From a virus (lineage: Duplodnaviria; Heunggongvirae; Uroviricota; Caudoviricetes): a stretch of DNA of 40,368 nt. Made by a program: the position numbers and the translations under genes. How positions within the stretch are numbered: position 1 is the stretch's first letter; every line of letters starts with the position of its first letter. The DNA lies in IMG/VR virus record IMGVR_UViG_3300013285_000009, positions 76,984-117,351 of that record, one strand, 5' to 3'. Shown here piece after piece: positions 9,676 through 17,448 of this stretch. A model generated the notes under the pieces. The model saw only the letters and a list, made by a program, of their open reading frames with translations. It ran no database searches and had not been told where the DNA came from.

Positions 9676-10443
9676 TTATTCTGGAATAGTAGCTTGCAAT
9701 GCAATGTACGAATCGTATGATGCAATTGCAGCAGGGGTAACTTCTTTACCGGTAATCAATGCTAGCGTTGACAAGAAAGCTTCCTTGTTACCAATGATAT
9801 CTGAGTATTTTAGTGTGATCACGTTGCTAGCATACGCGTCCGGAGTAGCGGGAAGTGTGTTAAGTGTATGTACGATTTCATTGAACTTTTTAACTTCCAT
9901 GCCAGGAAGATTAATCAAAATATCAATTTCGGCGGCGGTAAGCTCGTGCCAGTCAGTCAAATCTTTACGTAAACCTGCATTGGTAACAGACTCAGTTAGG
10001 TATGCTTCCCAGTATTTGGAGTCCAATGGTTTGCCGAGCTTGTATCGTATTTGATGAAAATGTTTAGTTGCTATAGATAGAACATCTTCTTCAGCTATTG
10101 TAACAATCACGTGTTTAAACTTAGGATACAGGGATGCCACTGTGATGTAGTTAACCAGTGAGTGACCGGTTGTATTTAAATGCACAGGTTCAATGATGAC
10201 CAACGGCGTTTTACCGGTTACGTCAGTTGAGGTAAGTGAATACAACTGTGTACGTATGTTCAATTCTTTCCACTCTTCCCAATTTGTAGAACTTTGTTGA
10301 TATGCATCAAAGTAATTACCAGTAACCGCAAAGGTTGTGTAATCAATTGGGGTATCCGGGGCTGTTAGTAACTGCACAATAGCATTTGCAACGAATTTTT
10401 GTCCTGAACCGTTTGCGGCGCTGACGATATATAAATCTGACAT
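9676..10443 (-). CDS. hypothetical protein, sulfotransferase-like P-loop fold (paralogue of 7096-7881)
   Basis: LYIVSAANGSGQKF...LKYSDII...LITGKEVT; AGGAG RBS; GATAAATA at 10486-10493. Confidence 0.6.
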   Translation of the reverse strand: MSDLYIVSAANGSGQKFVANAIVQLLTAPDTPIDYTTFAVTGNYFDAYQQSSTNWEEWKELNIRTQLYSLTSTDVTGKTPLVIIEPVHLNTTGHSLVNYITVASLYPKFKHVIVTIAEEDVLSIATKHFHQIRYKLGKPLDSKYWEAYLTESVTNAGLRKDLTDWHELTAAEIDILINLPGMEVKKFNEIVHTLNTLPATPDAYASNVITLKYSDIIGNKEAFLSTLALITGKEVTPAAIASYDSYIALQATIPE

Positions 10444-10516
10444 TTTATCTCCTGGTAGTAATGCGCTGTCTGCGCCTGATATATGTATTTATCTCTTAGA
10501 GATTATTTTAAGATAA

Positions 10517-12088
10517 TTACTTATCCTTCAAGTACTCTTCTATCTCTTGTTTTTCGTGATCGGTGACCAAATCAATGTCATACTCACCTGATTCAATCTT
10601 TGAAACCAAGTACTTGATGTACTCTAGATTGTGTAAGTACGAGTCTGTTTGTTCCTTATCAATCGAAATCCACTTGTTACCGTCGAATTTGTACACTTGA
10701 TTCGGTAGAATATCTACTCTCACGAATACATCACCCCGGAATGCAACACCCGGGAAAGCATGTCCGAAGTTGGTATTTATCGCTCTGCTAGTAGGGATAT
10801 CGTGTCTAAACAAGTCAGGGCGCATGTCCTTTAATACGGCTTTGTTCATGTGCTTACCTTGATAAGCAACATATCCGCCCGGTAAGTCAACGTACGGTTT
10901 CTCAACTTCAGGCTCTGCTAATTCTTGAGTTACTCCCTCAGTTGCAATTACAACTTCCTCAATGATTTCTTCCGGAAGTTGTAAATCAGGTATTGAATAT
11001 TCGATTGGCTTAACTGTTGTAGTAACAGTAGCATACGAACCTGAATTGAATGTTACTGGTACAATTTCTTCAACGGGTAATTCAATTTCAGCAGGAGAGA
11101 AATCAGCAGTTAGAGTATCATCCGACGTAATTAATTCGGGTTCATCTTCGGCCATATAATGCGGGTCTTGTTGCGTGGCCGTAAACAATGCAGCAAGTTC
11201 TTCATTTGTGAGTTTTGAACTAGGATTCTCATAGTCATCGAGAGTCGAGGCAACTACTTCTGCTACTACTTCTTCCTCTGCTTCGGGCAATGACTCTGTT
11301 ACAGATTGGTTGAACAATGCTTCTTTATCCCACTGTTTACTCTGATTGGATGCCAACAACAATGCAACTGCTAATGGGTCAAACACAATAATAAGCAAGA
11401 TGATCATCCATCGTACTGCACGTTCTAACACGTTTTGATCAGGATTGTCTCCGTAAATAAATGCGGCGATATACTTGATAGGACCTACTTCTGCTTCTAC
11501 CTTTCGGACTTCAGCGGCGATCGGTGCCCTAGCTTCATTGAGGCTAGCAATCGTTTTTTGCTCGGCGGTGATTTCAGACTGTATTCGTGTACGTTCCTTT
11601 TGCTGCCCCTTACGAACCGCAACAGCTTTGACGGCGCCTTGAGCATCTGTTGTGCGACCCAAGACTTGGTCAACCGAGTCATCCATTTGTTTAAGTAGCT
11701 TGCGATTACCATCGATGTTTTCCCTTGATGTTTTGATCTTCTCGTCATACACACTAATTTTGGCTAGCACGTCGCCGCTAGTCATTCCCTGGTCCATGTG
11801 CGCTTTAGATAAGAAGCCAAAGATACCCATGCTTGTAATCAACATTAGGATTACAATAGACGGTATTAAGTATAGTTTGAATGAAACGCTAACTCGTGTC
11901 CAATAGGCCTTTAGCCAAACTGTGGCTACTAACTTAGCAACTTCAAGAATGCCCCCCATCACAATGACAGGGATTACGGCACCTGCAAAAATAGCAGTCA
12001 AACCTGCAATACTGTAATAGGCGGCGACAGCACTCAATGCGAGTGCTACAAACAGGGTCAATCCTGTCAATGTAAAATATTTACTCAT
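10517..12088 (-). CDS. membrane-anchored coiled-coil protein
   Basis: Three N-terminal hydrophobic segments, coiled coil, further TM (WMIILLIIVFDPLAVALLLA), acidic linker, C-terminal globular domain. Confidence 0.8.
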   Translation of the reverse strand: MSKYFTLTGLTLFVALALSAVAAYYSIAGLTAIFAGAVIPVIVMGGILEVAKLVATVWLKAYWTRVSVSFKLYLIPSIVILMLITSMGIFGFLSKAHMDQGMTSGDVLAKISVYDEKIKTSRENIDGNRKLLKQMDDSVDQVLGRTTDAQGAVKAVAVRKGQQKERTRIQSEITAEQKTIASLNEARAPIAAEVRKVEAEVGPIKYIAAFIYGDNPDQNVLERAVRWMIILLIIVFDPLAVALLLASNQSKQWDKEALFNQSVTESLPEAEEEVVAEVVASTLDDYENPSSKLTNEELAALFTATQQDPHYMAEDEPELITSDDTLTADFSPAEIELPVEEIVPVTFNSGSYATVTTTVKPIEYSIPDLQLPEEIIEEVVIATEGVTQELAEPEVEKPYVDLPGGYVAYQGKHMNKAVLKDMRPDLFRHDIPTSRAINTNFGHAFPGVAFRGDVFVRVDILPNQVYKFDGNKWISIDKEQTDSYLHNLEYIKYLVSKIESGEYDIDLVTDHEKQEIEEYLKDK

Positions 12089-12091
12089 TTG

Positions 12092-12307
12092 TTATTTATC
12101 TCGAAATAGGTGACCAAATGTCGATACAAATTCATTCATAGTCATAACGTACTTCTGAGGGATGCCCGGGCCTCTAGTAGTCATATACGTAACTATTTGA
12201 CCACCAAGATCATCATCTGTTGGTTTAACTTGTTTGATAGTGATTGTTGCACCGTCGTCAAATGTGTATGACTTCCCCAACCAGTCATGATGTATTGGTA
12301 GTGTCAT
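12092..12307 (-). CDS. hypothetical protein
   Basis: Overlapping stop/start packing with neighbours. Confidence 0.65.
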   Translation of the reverse strand: MTLPIHHDWLGKSYTFDDGATITIKQVKPTDDDLGGQIVTYMTTRGPGIPQKYVMTMNEFVSTFGHLFRDK

Positions 12308-12579
12308 CCGTGAGCCCGATATGTTACGTCATATCCGCCCTTGCGCTCAGTCCACCAATCATCCTCATCCATCCAATCAAAGTCTAGATCCACACTATTC
12401 TCTTGTGCATCAGATAGGATAATATCAAAATCAATATCGCCGAGGTCAAGGTCGGCTAACTTTTGTGCAATTTCGTCAGCATCCAGGTCGGGATAAATTT
12501 CGCTTAGCATCGCTTCAGTAACCTCAATTGAAAATCTCTTTTCAACTTGGTGCCACTCACTCTTCACTACTTGTACCAT
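12304..12579 (-). CDS. acidic hypothetical protein
   Basis: Tight operon packing. Confidence 0.7.
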   Translation of the reverse strand: MVQVVKSEWHQVEKRFSIEVTEAMLSEIYPDLDADEIAQKLADLDLGDIDFDIILSDAQENSVDLDFDWMDEDDWWTERKGGYDVTYRAHG

Positions 12580-12842
12580 TACGTTACTCCAAAATGTTTT
12601 CTAATCTTTGCCATTAGAGCAATGACTTCACTTTTCATACCAACCCGAATACCAACATCCCTGGGGCTTTCACCTTCCGGGTTCACAGGGGAATTGTTTA
12701 AGTCATACCACTCTTGTTTCATAATCTGTAAATTCTCTTGAACAATCAATTCGGCGAATTTTTCCAACACTTCTGGATCACAGCTCTGGTTGTTGTAGCC
12801 TATCTGAGCCTTCCACCAAAGTCCGTTGATTCGCTCGTTCAT
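12579..12842 (-). CDS. small phage protein of the MNERI...FAELIV...HFGV family
   Basis: Paralogous to 15552-15761. Confidence 0.7.
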   Translation of the reverse strand: MNERINGLWWKAQIGYNNQSCDPEVLEKFAELIVQENLQIMKQEWYDLNNSPVNPEGESPRDVGIRVGMKSEVIALMAKIRKHFGVT

Positions 12843-13276
12843 TTTAGTAATCCTGCAACGGTTGTACTCATATGTTGATCAGCAATAGCACGAGCATCGT
12901 GCAATGCATTATGCGGAACTTTGCTATCGTTGCTGGATAGCGCACGGTCCAGCACAAAGGTAATTGGCGGGTGATTAATTGCTTCACCGGGACTTACAAT
13001 CAGCGATTCGCAGAAATATTTAATATCATCTGGCCAATCTGCAACAATTTTAATCTCTTTATATGTATACAGGAACTGTTGCAACTTTGATTGAAACATA
13101 TTAAAGGTAATTGCATCCTTTTCCAAGAATGGCATTACATGCTGCGCTACCCAGGTTACTGGATCTTTACACTGTAATACTTCATAAAATTCTTCACCGT
13201 GTTCACTGACCAACGCCATTGAAATTAATTGCCCATTGAATCCATTAAATTCAGTGTCTATGTAAAGTGTGTTCAT
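12839..13276 (-). CDS. DEDD 3'-5' exonuclease/exoribonuclease (Rv2179c-like)
   Basis: LYIDTEF, WPDD, HNALHDARAI. Confidence 0.8.
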   Translation of the reverse strand: MNTLYIDTEFNGFNGQLISMALVSEHGEEFYEVLQCKDPVTWVAQHVMPFLEKDAITFNMFQSKLQQFLYTYKEIKIVADWPDDIKYFCESLIVSPGEAINHPPITFVLDRALSSNDSKVPHNALHDARAIADQHMSTTVAGLLK

Positions 13277-14601
13277 TTGTCATCCCTGAACCGTACAAAG
13301 CGCGGGAATCGCAGTGAGTAAGTACCGTCTTGATTCTGAGTGATAACATCACACATAACCTCAGCAGTACGACCGATGATATCAACAGAGTTAGCCCAGT
13401 AGCTAGCACGGTCTTCATCACTGAATCCACTACCACAATTGACTGTGATTTCTTTACCATCATCTACACCGGAGCAAACTAATGCACCAAGACGACCTTC
13501 GTTACGACCAGTACCTTCTTCAAGACCGACAACTTGTAAGTCAACGGTAATAGTAGGCTTCCACTTCATCCAGTCAGTGCTACGCTTGCAGATATAAGGT
13601 GCAGCGCAGTTCTTAATCATAATGCCCTCGAACCCTGCATTCACGTTGTCTTTGGCATAACGATCAAGCTGATCCTTACCCGCTGCGGTATCAAGGTCAA
13701 CCATCAAGTGAGGCAGCAATTCAACATTGGCTAATGTATCAATGATGGGGCGAATAAGATTCAGCAACTCAATACGTTTGCTCAGGGGTGCATCCCAACG
13801 CCCTATACGAAATTCTGCTAGTGGCACAATGTCAAATACATTGAACACAGAATCATCAGCCTGAACATCAGACTTTCGACGTGCTTGACGCATTAGTTCT
13901 TGGAATGTATTACCAATGACTTCACCATCAAGTACGAATCCATTAACTAGTGCAGGATGATTGCGGGCAATGCTAGGCCAAACACTTTCAATTTGTGATT
14001 CAATGTGACCAAAGTTGTCAAACACTTTACCGTTACGGCTGAAACAGATTGTGGTCGCCCCGTTGTCACTTGGGATAACAGTAAGTAACACACGAACGCC
14101 GTCCAACTTAGGCTCAAGACGTTTGGTGCCCTTCATTTCAGGACGACCTTCTGAGTTAGATGCAAGTTGGCAACCAAACACTGGTATTTCGTACTCTGTC
14201 TTTTTGCAGATTTTATTAATAGTAGTTGATGAGATACCTGCACGAAGGTCTCTGCGCAATACAGCAGCACAGAATGTATTCCATTCTTCACTATCAAAGC
14301 GCTCAGCCATTTCTTGTACCGCATCACGGGCGGCGTGACCGGTCAAATCACGCTCAACAAGTTTTGTCAATAGTGAATTGAAGTCTTCCCATGGATTTTC
14401 TGCATCAATGATTCCAACTGTATCAGGAATCTTTTTGATGCCATATGTGATGTACGGATTGTAACAAGCCTTAGCTAGCTTTAGAAATTGAATTGATCTG
14501 AGACTGCCCAATGTTGCGGCTTCTAGTGCTTGACGCACAACGTCCTCTTTATGGAGGCGACTGTCAGATTCATTTAGTTTATTGATCCAAGATGCAGACA
14601 T
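13273..14601 (-). CDS. lig: ATP-dependent DNA ligase
   Basis: EPKLDGVR (KxDG), VLDGE, EGIMIK, WMKWKP, GSGFSD, SLRFPRF. Confidence 0.95.
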   Translation of the reverse strand: MSASWINKLNESDSRLHKEDVVRQALEAATLGSLRSIQFLKLAKACYNPYITYGIKKIPDTVGIIDAENPWEDFNSLLTKLVERDLTGHAARDAVQEMAERFDSEEWNTFCAAVLRRDLRAGISSTTINKICKKTEYEIPVFGCQLASNSEGRPEMKGTKRLEPKLDGVRVLLTVIPSDNGATTICFSRNGKVFDNFGHIESQIESVWPSIARNHPALVNGFVLDGEVIGNTFQELMRQARRKSDVQADDSVFNVFDIVPLAEFRIGRWDAPLSKRIELLNLIRPIIDTLANVELLPHLMVDLDTAAGKDQLDRYAKDNVNAGFEGIMIKNCAAPYICKRSTDWMKWKPTITVDLQVVGLEEGTGRNEGRLGALVCSGVDDGKEITVNCGSGFSDEDRASYWANSVDIIGRTAEVMCDVITQNQDGTYSLRFPRFVRFRDDK

Positions 14602-14624
14602 GTATTCTTTCGTTATTTAGATGT

Positions 14625-14653
14625 ATTATAACACCGGCGTGGCCGATTGTCAA
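14625..14653 (-). promoter_or_regulatory. sigma70 promoter (TTGACA-N17-TATAAT) for the ligase operon
   Basis: Perfect hexamers, 17-bp spacer; CTAAATA also at 14614-14620. Confidence 0.85.
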
Positions 14654-14657
14654 GCAT

Positions 14658-14846
14658 TCATTTGCCAAAGAGTGTCTTGACGCCCACCCAACGTGCTACT
14701 ACGGGAATGAAAAACGGGATCGCCAATGTGATCATCCAAATGAATTGAATATAGTCCGTAACAGTGAAGGGATATATAAAAATGTTTATCGTTCCTAGTA
14801 CAAAATAAATTAACCCGGTAAAGAACAAATACTTACCGGGTGTCAT
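14658..14846 (-). CDS. small two-TM membrane protein
   Basis: Two hydrophobic segments; operon packing. Confidence 0.65.
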   Translation of the reverse strand: MTPGKYLFFTGLIYFVLGTINIFIYPFTVTDYIQFIWMITLAIPFFIPVVARWVGVKTLFGK

Positions 14847-15076
14847 TCTTCATCCTTAGGTGAAGCATTTTCTATTGCATTAAATAGAACTTGATATTTA
14901 TATGCTAGATTAGACTGGATATCTTCCAATGATCCTTCTACATACTGAATAGCACTGATTATTTGTTCTTTGTCAGATGATTCTGCTCCGTTGGAAATCA
15001 GTGCGTATAGGTTTTTCAATTCGCCAAGTCTGATAATCTCAGTCTCAATAGAATCCAATTCGTCAAAATGTTTCAT
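14843..15076 (-). CDS. hypothetical helical protein
   Basis: GGAG RBS; operon packing. Confidence 0.7.
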   Translation of the reverse strand: MKHFDELDSIETEIIRLGELKNLYALISNGAESSDKEQIISAIQYVEGSLEDIQSNLAYKYQVLFNAIENASPKDEE

Positions 15077-15079
15077 TCT

Positions 15080-15286
15080 TCAACTCCCAATAAGATTAGT
15101 GCTGTTCTCAATGGTTAATCGTCGGGTAATTTTGCTATAACGGAACCAAAAGATTTTCGATCTAAATCCTGTGCGTAAATTCTTGGGACCATATCGAAAC
15201 CTAAATCCCCAACTACTTTTATCCGTCAATGGATAAAAATTTAAACCATTGCAGATAACACCACCGTCTTCTGTGATATGTATCAT
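15080..15286 (-). CDS. hypothetical protein
   Basis: Operon packing. Confidence 0.6.
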   Translation of the reverse strand: MIHITEDGGVICNGLNFYPLTDKSSWGFRFRYGPKNLRTGFRSKIFWFRYSKITRRLTIENSTNLIGS

Positions 15287-15552
15287 AGTTCAACTCCGAA
15301 GTGATGGTTAAGCAGCGCCCGAATATACCAGGTATGCAATCCAATGCCACTGCTTCTATGGTACTTTTCTGGCACCCAAACTGTATCGATACCCTTTGCG
15401 TCGGCATCGGCCAGTAATTTTCGCAGTTCAGGTTCACCAAATCCCTCAAAGAAACTAAAACAGTAGTTGGGGAAATACGGGTAGGGGTTGTTAAACCCTG
15501 CAGTTGGATAGCCCTTATCGTAGGGGATTCTAATGCCGTCGAACGCTCCCAT
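15283..15552 (-). CDS. hypothetical protein with HFGVE tail
   Basis: Operon packing. Confidence 0.65.
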   Translation of the reverse strand: MGAFDGIRIPYDKGYPTAGFNNPYPYFPNYCFSFFEGFGEPELRKLLADADAKGIDTVWVPEKYHRSSGIGLHTWYIRALLNHHFGVEL

Positions 15553-15761
15553 TATTCTTCAACTCCGAAATGTTTTGTAATCTTATTCAAGACCTCAAAG
15601 TTGCCAGTTGCTTGTCCATCAGTAAGTGCAATCTCGGCACATTCCCTCACAATCAACTCGGCGAACTTTTCAGCAAACATACTATGTTTGTGATTAAATG
15701 TTATTGGCACGGGCACTTTAGAGATAGCCTGTCCTACAAGTTGAAAAATTCGTTCGTTCAT
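15552..15761 (-). CDS. small phage protein of the MNERI...FAELIV...HFGV family
   Basis: Paralogous to 12579-12842. Confidence 0.7.
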   Translation of the reverse strand: MNERIFQLVGQAISKVPVPITFNHKHSMFAEKFAELIVRECAEIALTDGQATGNFEVLNKITKHFGVEE

Positions 15762-15762
15762 G

Positions 15763-15981
15763 TTAAGCCTTCAGAATGTCAGTGATGCGTTTGTGAATCA
15801 TGTCCATTTCAGGCTGTTCCAGATAGAAGTCAGAAGTCGGATCATAGTACTGACCTTCCTTCACATCGTAATACAGGACGCGACCGGAGAAGTTGAATGG
15901 ACCTTCGAGCCCTTTGCGAGGACCGTACTTAGTACGCATATCATCCATTTGAAACTTGTCTGCGACGATTTTGTAACCCAT
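15763..15981 (-). CDS. early hypothetical protein
   Basis: AGGAG RBS, own promoter; YYDVKEGQYYDPTSDFY. Confidence 0.8.
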   Translation of the reverse strand: MGYKIVADKFQMDDMRTKYGPRKGLEGPFNFSGRVLYYDVKEGQYYDPTSDFYLEQPEMDMIHKRITDILKA

Positions 15982-16014
15982 ACTCTTCTCCTACTTGTTG
16001 CTGTTTAAGTCTCT

Positions 16015-16043
16015 ATTATACACCCGAAACCATTTAATGTCAA
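16015..16043 (-). promoter_or_regulatory. early promoter cassette copy
   Basis: TTGACATTAAATGGTTTCGGGTGTATAAT. Confidence 0.9.
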
Positions 16044-16046
16044 GTG

Positions 16047-16232
16047 TTAATATGTGTCGAATCCCAAATTGTGCATTGCAGCACGAAAGGGTTCTGATTC
16101 ACCTTCGTCAGCCATAGCATAGATTTCATTGCGCAGTGAATCGGTACATTCGAATTCAAACACACTATAGGCATCGCTAATTTTAGTAAGCGTTTCAACA
16201 TGCAAAATGAAGTCGTTAAGTGTAGTCAGCAT
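16047..16232 (-). CDS. early hypothetical protein (MLTTLNDF...)
   Basis: ATG 16232 after an AAGGA RBS; the track's extension reads through the promoter. Confidence 0.7.
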   Translation of the reverse strand: MLTTLNDFILHVETLTKISDAYSVFEFECTDSLRNEIYAMADEGESEPFRAAMHNLGFDTY

Positions 16233-16259
16233 ATCAGTTCCTTTGTCGTTTAAGTCTCT

Positions 16260-16288
16260 ATTATACACCCAAAACCATTTAATGTCAA
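16260..16288 (-). promoter_or_regulatory. early promoter cassette copy
   Basis: TTGACATTAAATGGTTTTGGGTGTATAAT. Confidence 0.9.
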
Positions 16289-16518
16289 CCGAGAACTGTA
16301 AGGCGGCCGGGGAATTGTTCATCCAAGAAGTGATTGCCGGTGACCGGGGTCACGAAAAAGTCTGCATGTGACTTTTTAGCAACACCTGAGACTACAGTTT
16401 TGATAACCTTGCAACGGATTGTTTGATCCATTTTAGACATTGAAACCACTTCACCGGTCATGTATGTGTCAAACATGCCGGGAAAGTCGAGAGACTTGAT
16501 GATAGTGCCTACTTGCAT
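16285..16518 (-). CDS. early hypothetical protein (SH3-like beta pattern)
   Basis: AGGA RBS, own promoter; MQVGTIIKSLDF...GEVV. Confidence 0.75.
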   Translation of the reverse strand: MQVGTIIKSLDFPGMFDTYMTGEVVSMSKMDQTIRCKVIKTVVSGVAKKSHADFFVTPVTGNHFLDEQFPGRLTVLG

Positions 16519-16550
16519 GTTGATTCCTATTTGTTGCTGTCTAAGTATCT

Positions 16551-16579
16551 ATTATATCACCAAACCCATTTAACGTCAA
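16551..16579 (-). promoter_or_regulatory. early promoter cassette copy
   Basis: TTGACGTTAAATGGGTTTGGTGATATAAT. Confidence 0.85.
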
Positions 16580-16582
16580 CCT

Positions 16583-16681
16583 TTATTTCTGGGTGTGAAT
16601 CAGCCCGGTTTTGGTGTAAGTGATAGTACCACCGGTCGAAGATTTAACAGGCTTTGCGATTTGGATAGTAGGATTAGTCAT
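16583..16681 (-). CDS. 32-aa small protein MTNPTIQIAKPVKSSTGGTITYTKTGLIHTQK (not in track)
   Basis: Hand-translated ATG 16681 to TAA 16583, filling the gap between cassettes. Confidence 0.55.
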   Translation of the reverse strand: MTNPTIQIAKPVKSSTGGTITYTKTGLIHTQK

Positions 16682-16737
16682 TGAGTTTTCTATGTGAAAT
16701 TTAAAATTTAAGATACAGGAAAATTGCAAAGTTTAGA

Positions 16738-16911
16738 TCAATACGTTTCCTTGAACAGAGTGAATTCTTCTGCGGGGAACTTAGCCAAGAATTCCTCGGA
16801 TTTCACATACTCATTGTAAGCCTTGGCTTCAAAGAAAACTTTGTTAAACACACTTTTCAGTTGACCCTTTGGGTTGACTGTAAGATAAATTGATTTAGCT
16901 TTACCTGCCAT
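16738..16911 (-). CDS. 57-aa early protein MAGKAKSIYLTV...FKETY (not in track)
   Basis: AAGGA RBS and own promoter; hand-translated. Confidence 0.8.
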   Translation of the reverse strand: MAGKAKSIYLTVNPKGQLKSVFNKVFFEAKAYNEYVKSEEFLAKFPAEEFTLFKETY

Positions 16912-16941
16912 GATGTATTCCTTGTTGCTGTTTAAGTATCT

Positions 16942-16970
16942 ATTATAACACCAAAATGATTTAATGTCAA
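16942..16970 (-). promoter_or_regulatory. early promoter cassette copy
   Basis: TTGACATTAAATCATTTTGGTGTTATAAT. Confidence 0.9.
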
Positions 16971-16976
16971 CCGTTT

Positions 16977-17432
16977 TTAGCTAACTTCTGTACGTCCGCC
17001 ACCGATATTTTTTGTTCGGACAACTCTTTCGTCACGGTTTGTAGGATCAGCTTGGTCCTGTTCATAAATTTCAAGTACGATGTTGCGACAAATTGTGTGA
17101 AACCAACGATCCACAATCATCGTGTCAGTATCATCATCTTGCATTTTATAACCGGCTTTGATTAGATTCAGTAGGAATTTGTCATTCCAATCCAAATCAA
17201 ATGATCCGTTGTGAATGTTGTTCGGGTCAACGTCAACGCTCAGAATAGCAACATAAGGGTCGCCCTTTGCGGTCGCCGCATCTTTTGCAGCAGTGTCGAT
17301 TACAGGCTTTTCTACCTTAGCTTCTTCTTTGGGTTTAGCGACACGAGGCTTCTTAGCTTTCGATTTAGTAACCTTAGCCGGTTCTACTTTTGCCGGTGCT
17401 TTTGTGAATAGATTTTTTAGTGTATTGAACAT
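16977..17432 (-). CDS. hypothetical protein with Lys/Pro/Ala-rich N-terminal region
   Basis: MFNTLKNLFTK then KAKKPRVAKPK; globular C-terminal domain. Confidence 0.8.
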   Translation of the reverse strand: MFNTLKNLFTKAPAKVEPAKVTKSKAKKPRVAKPKEEAKVEKPVIDTAAKDAATAKGDPYVAILSVDVDPNNIHNGSFDLDWNDKFLLNLIKAGYKMQDDDTDTMIVDRWFHTICRNIVLEIYEQDQADPTNRDERVVRTKNIGGGRTEVS

Positions 17433-17448
17433 AGTGTATGTATCTCTT

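Noticed and set aside
8919-9725. 56-aa N-terminal extension on the lipoprotein (likewise track extensions at 3153, 16322, 23935, 27119)
   Set aside because: The extensions read through promoters, terminators or neighbouring genes; internal starts have a better RBS or signal peptide
16015-16970. Regularly recurring ~55-nt repeats as a CRISPR array
   Set aside because: Intervals are 245-391 nt and encode ORFs, the repeats are sigma70 promoters, and no cas genes are present
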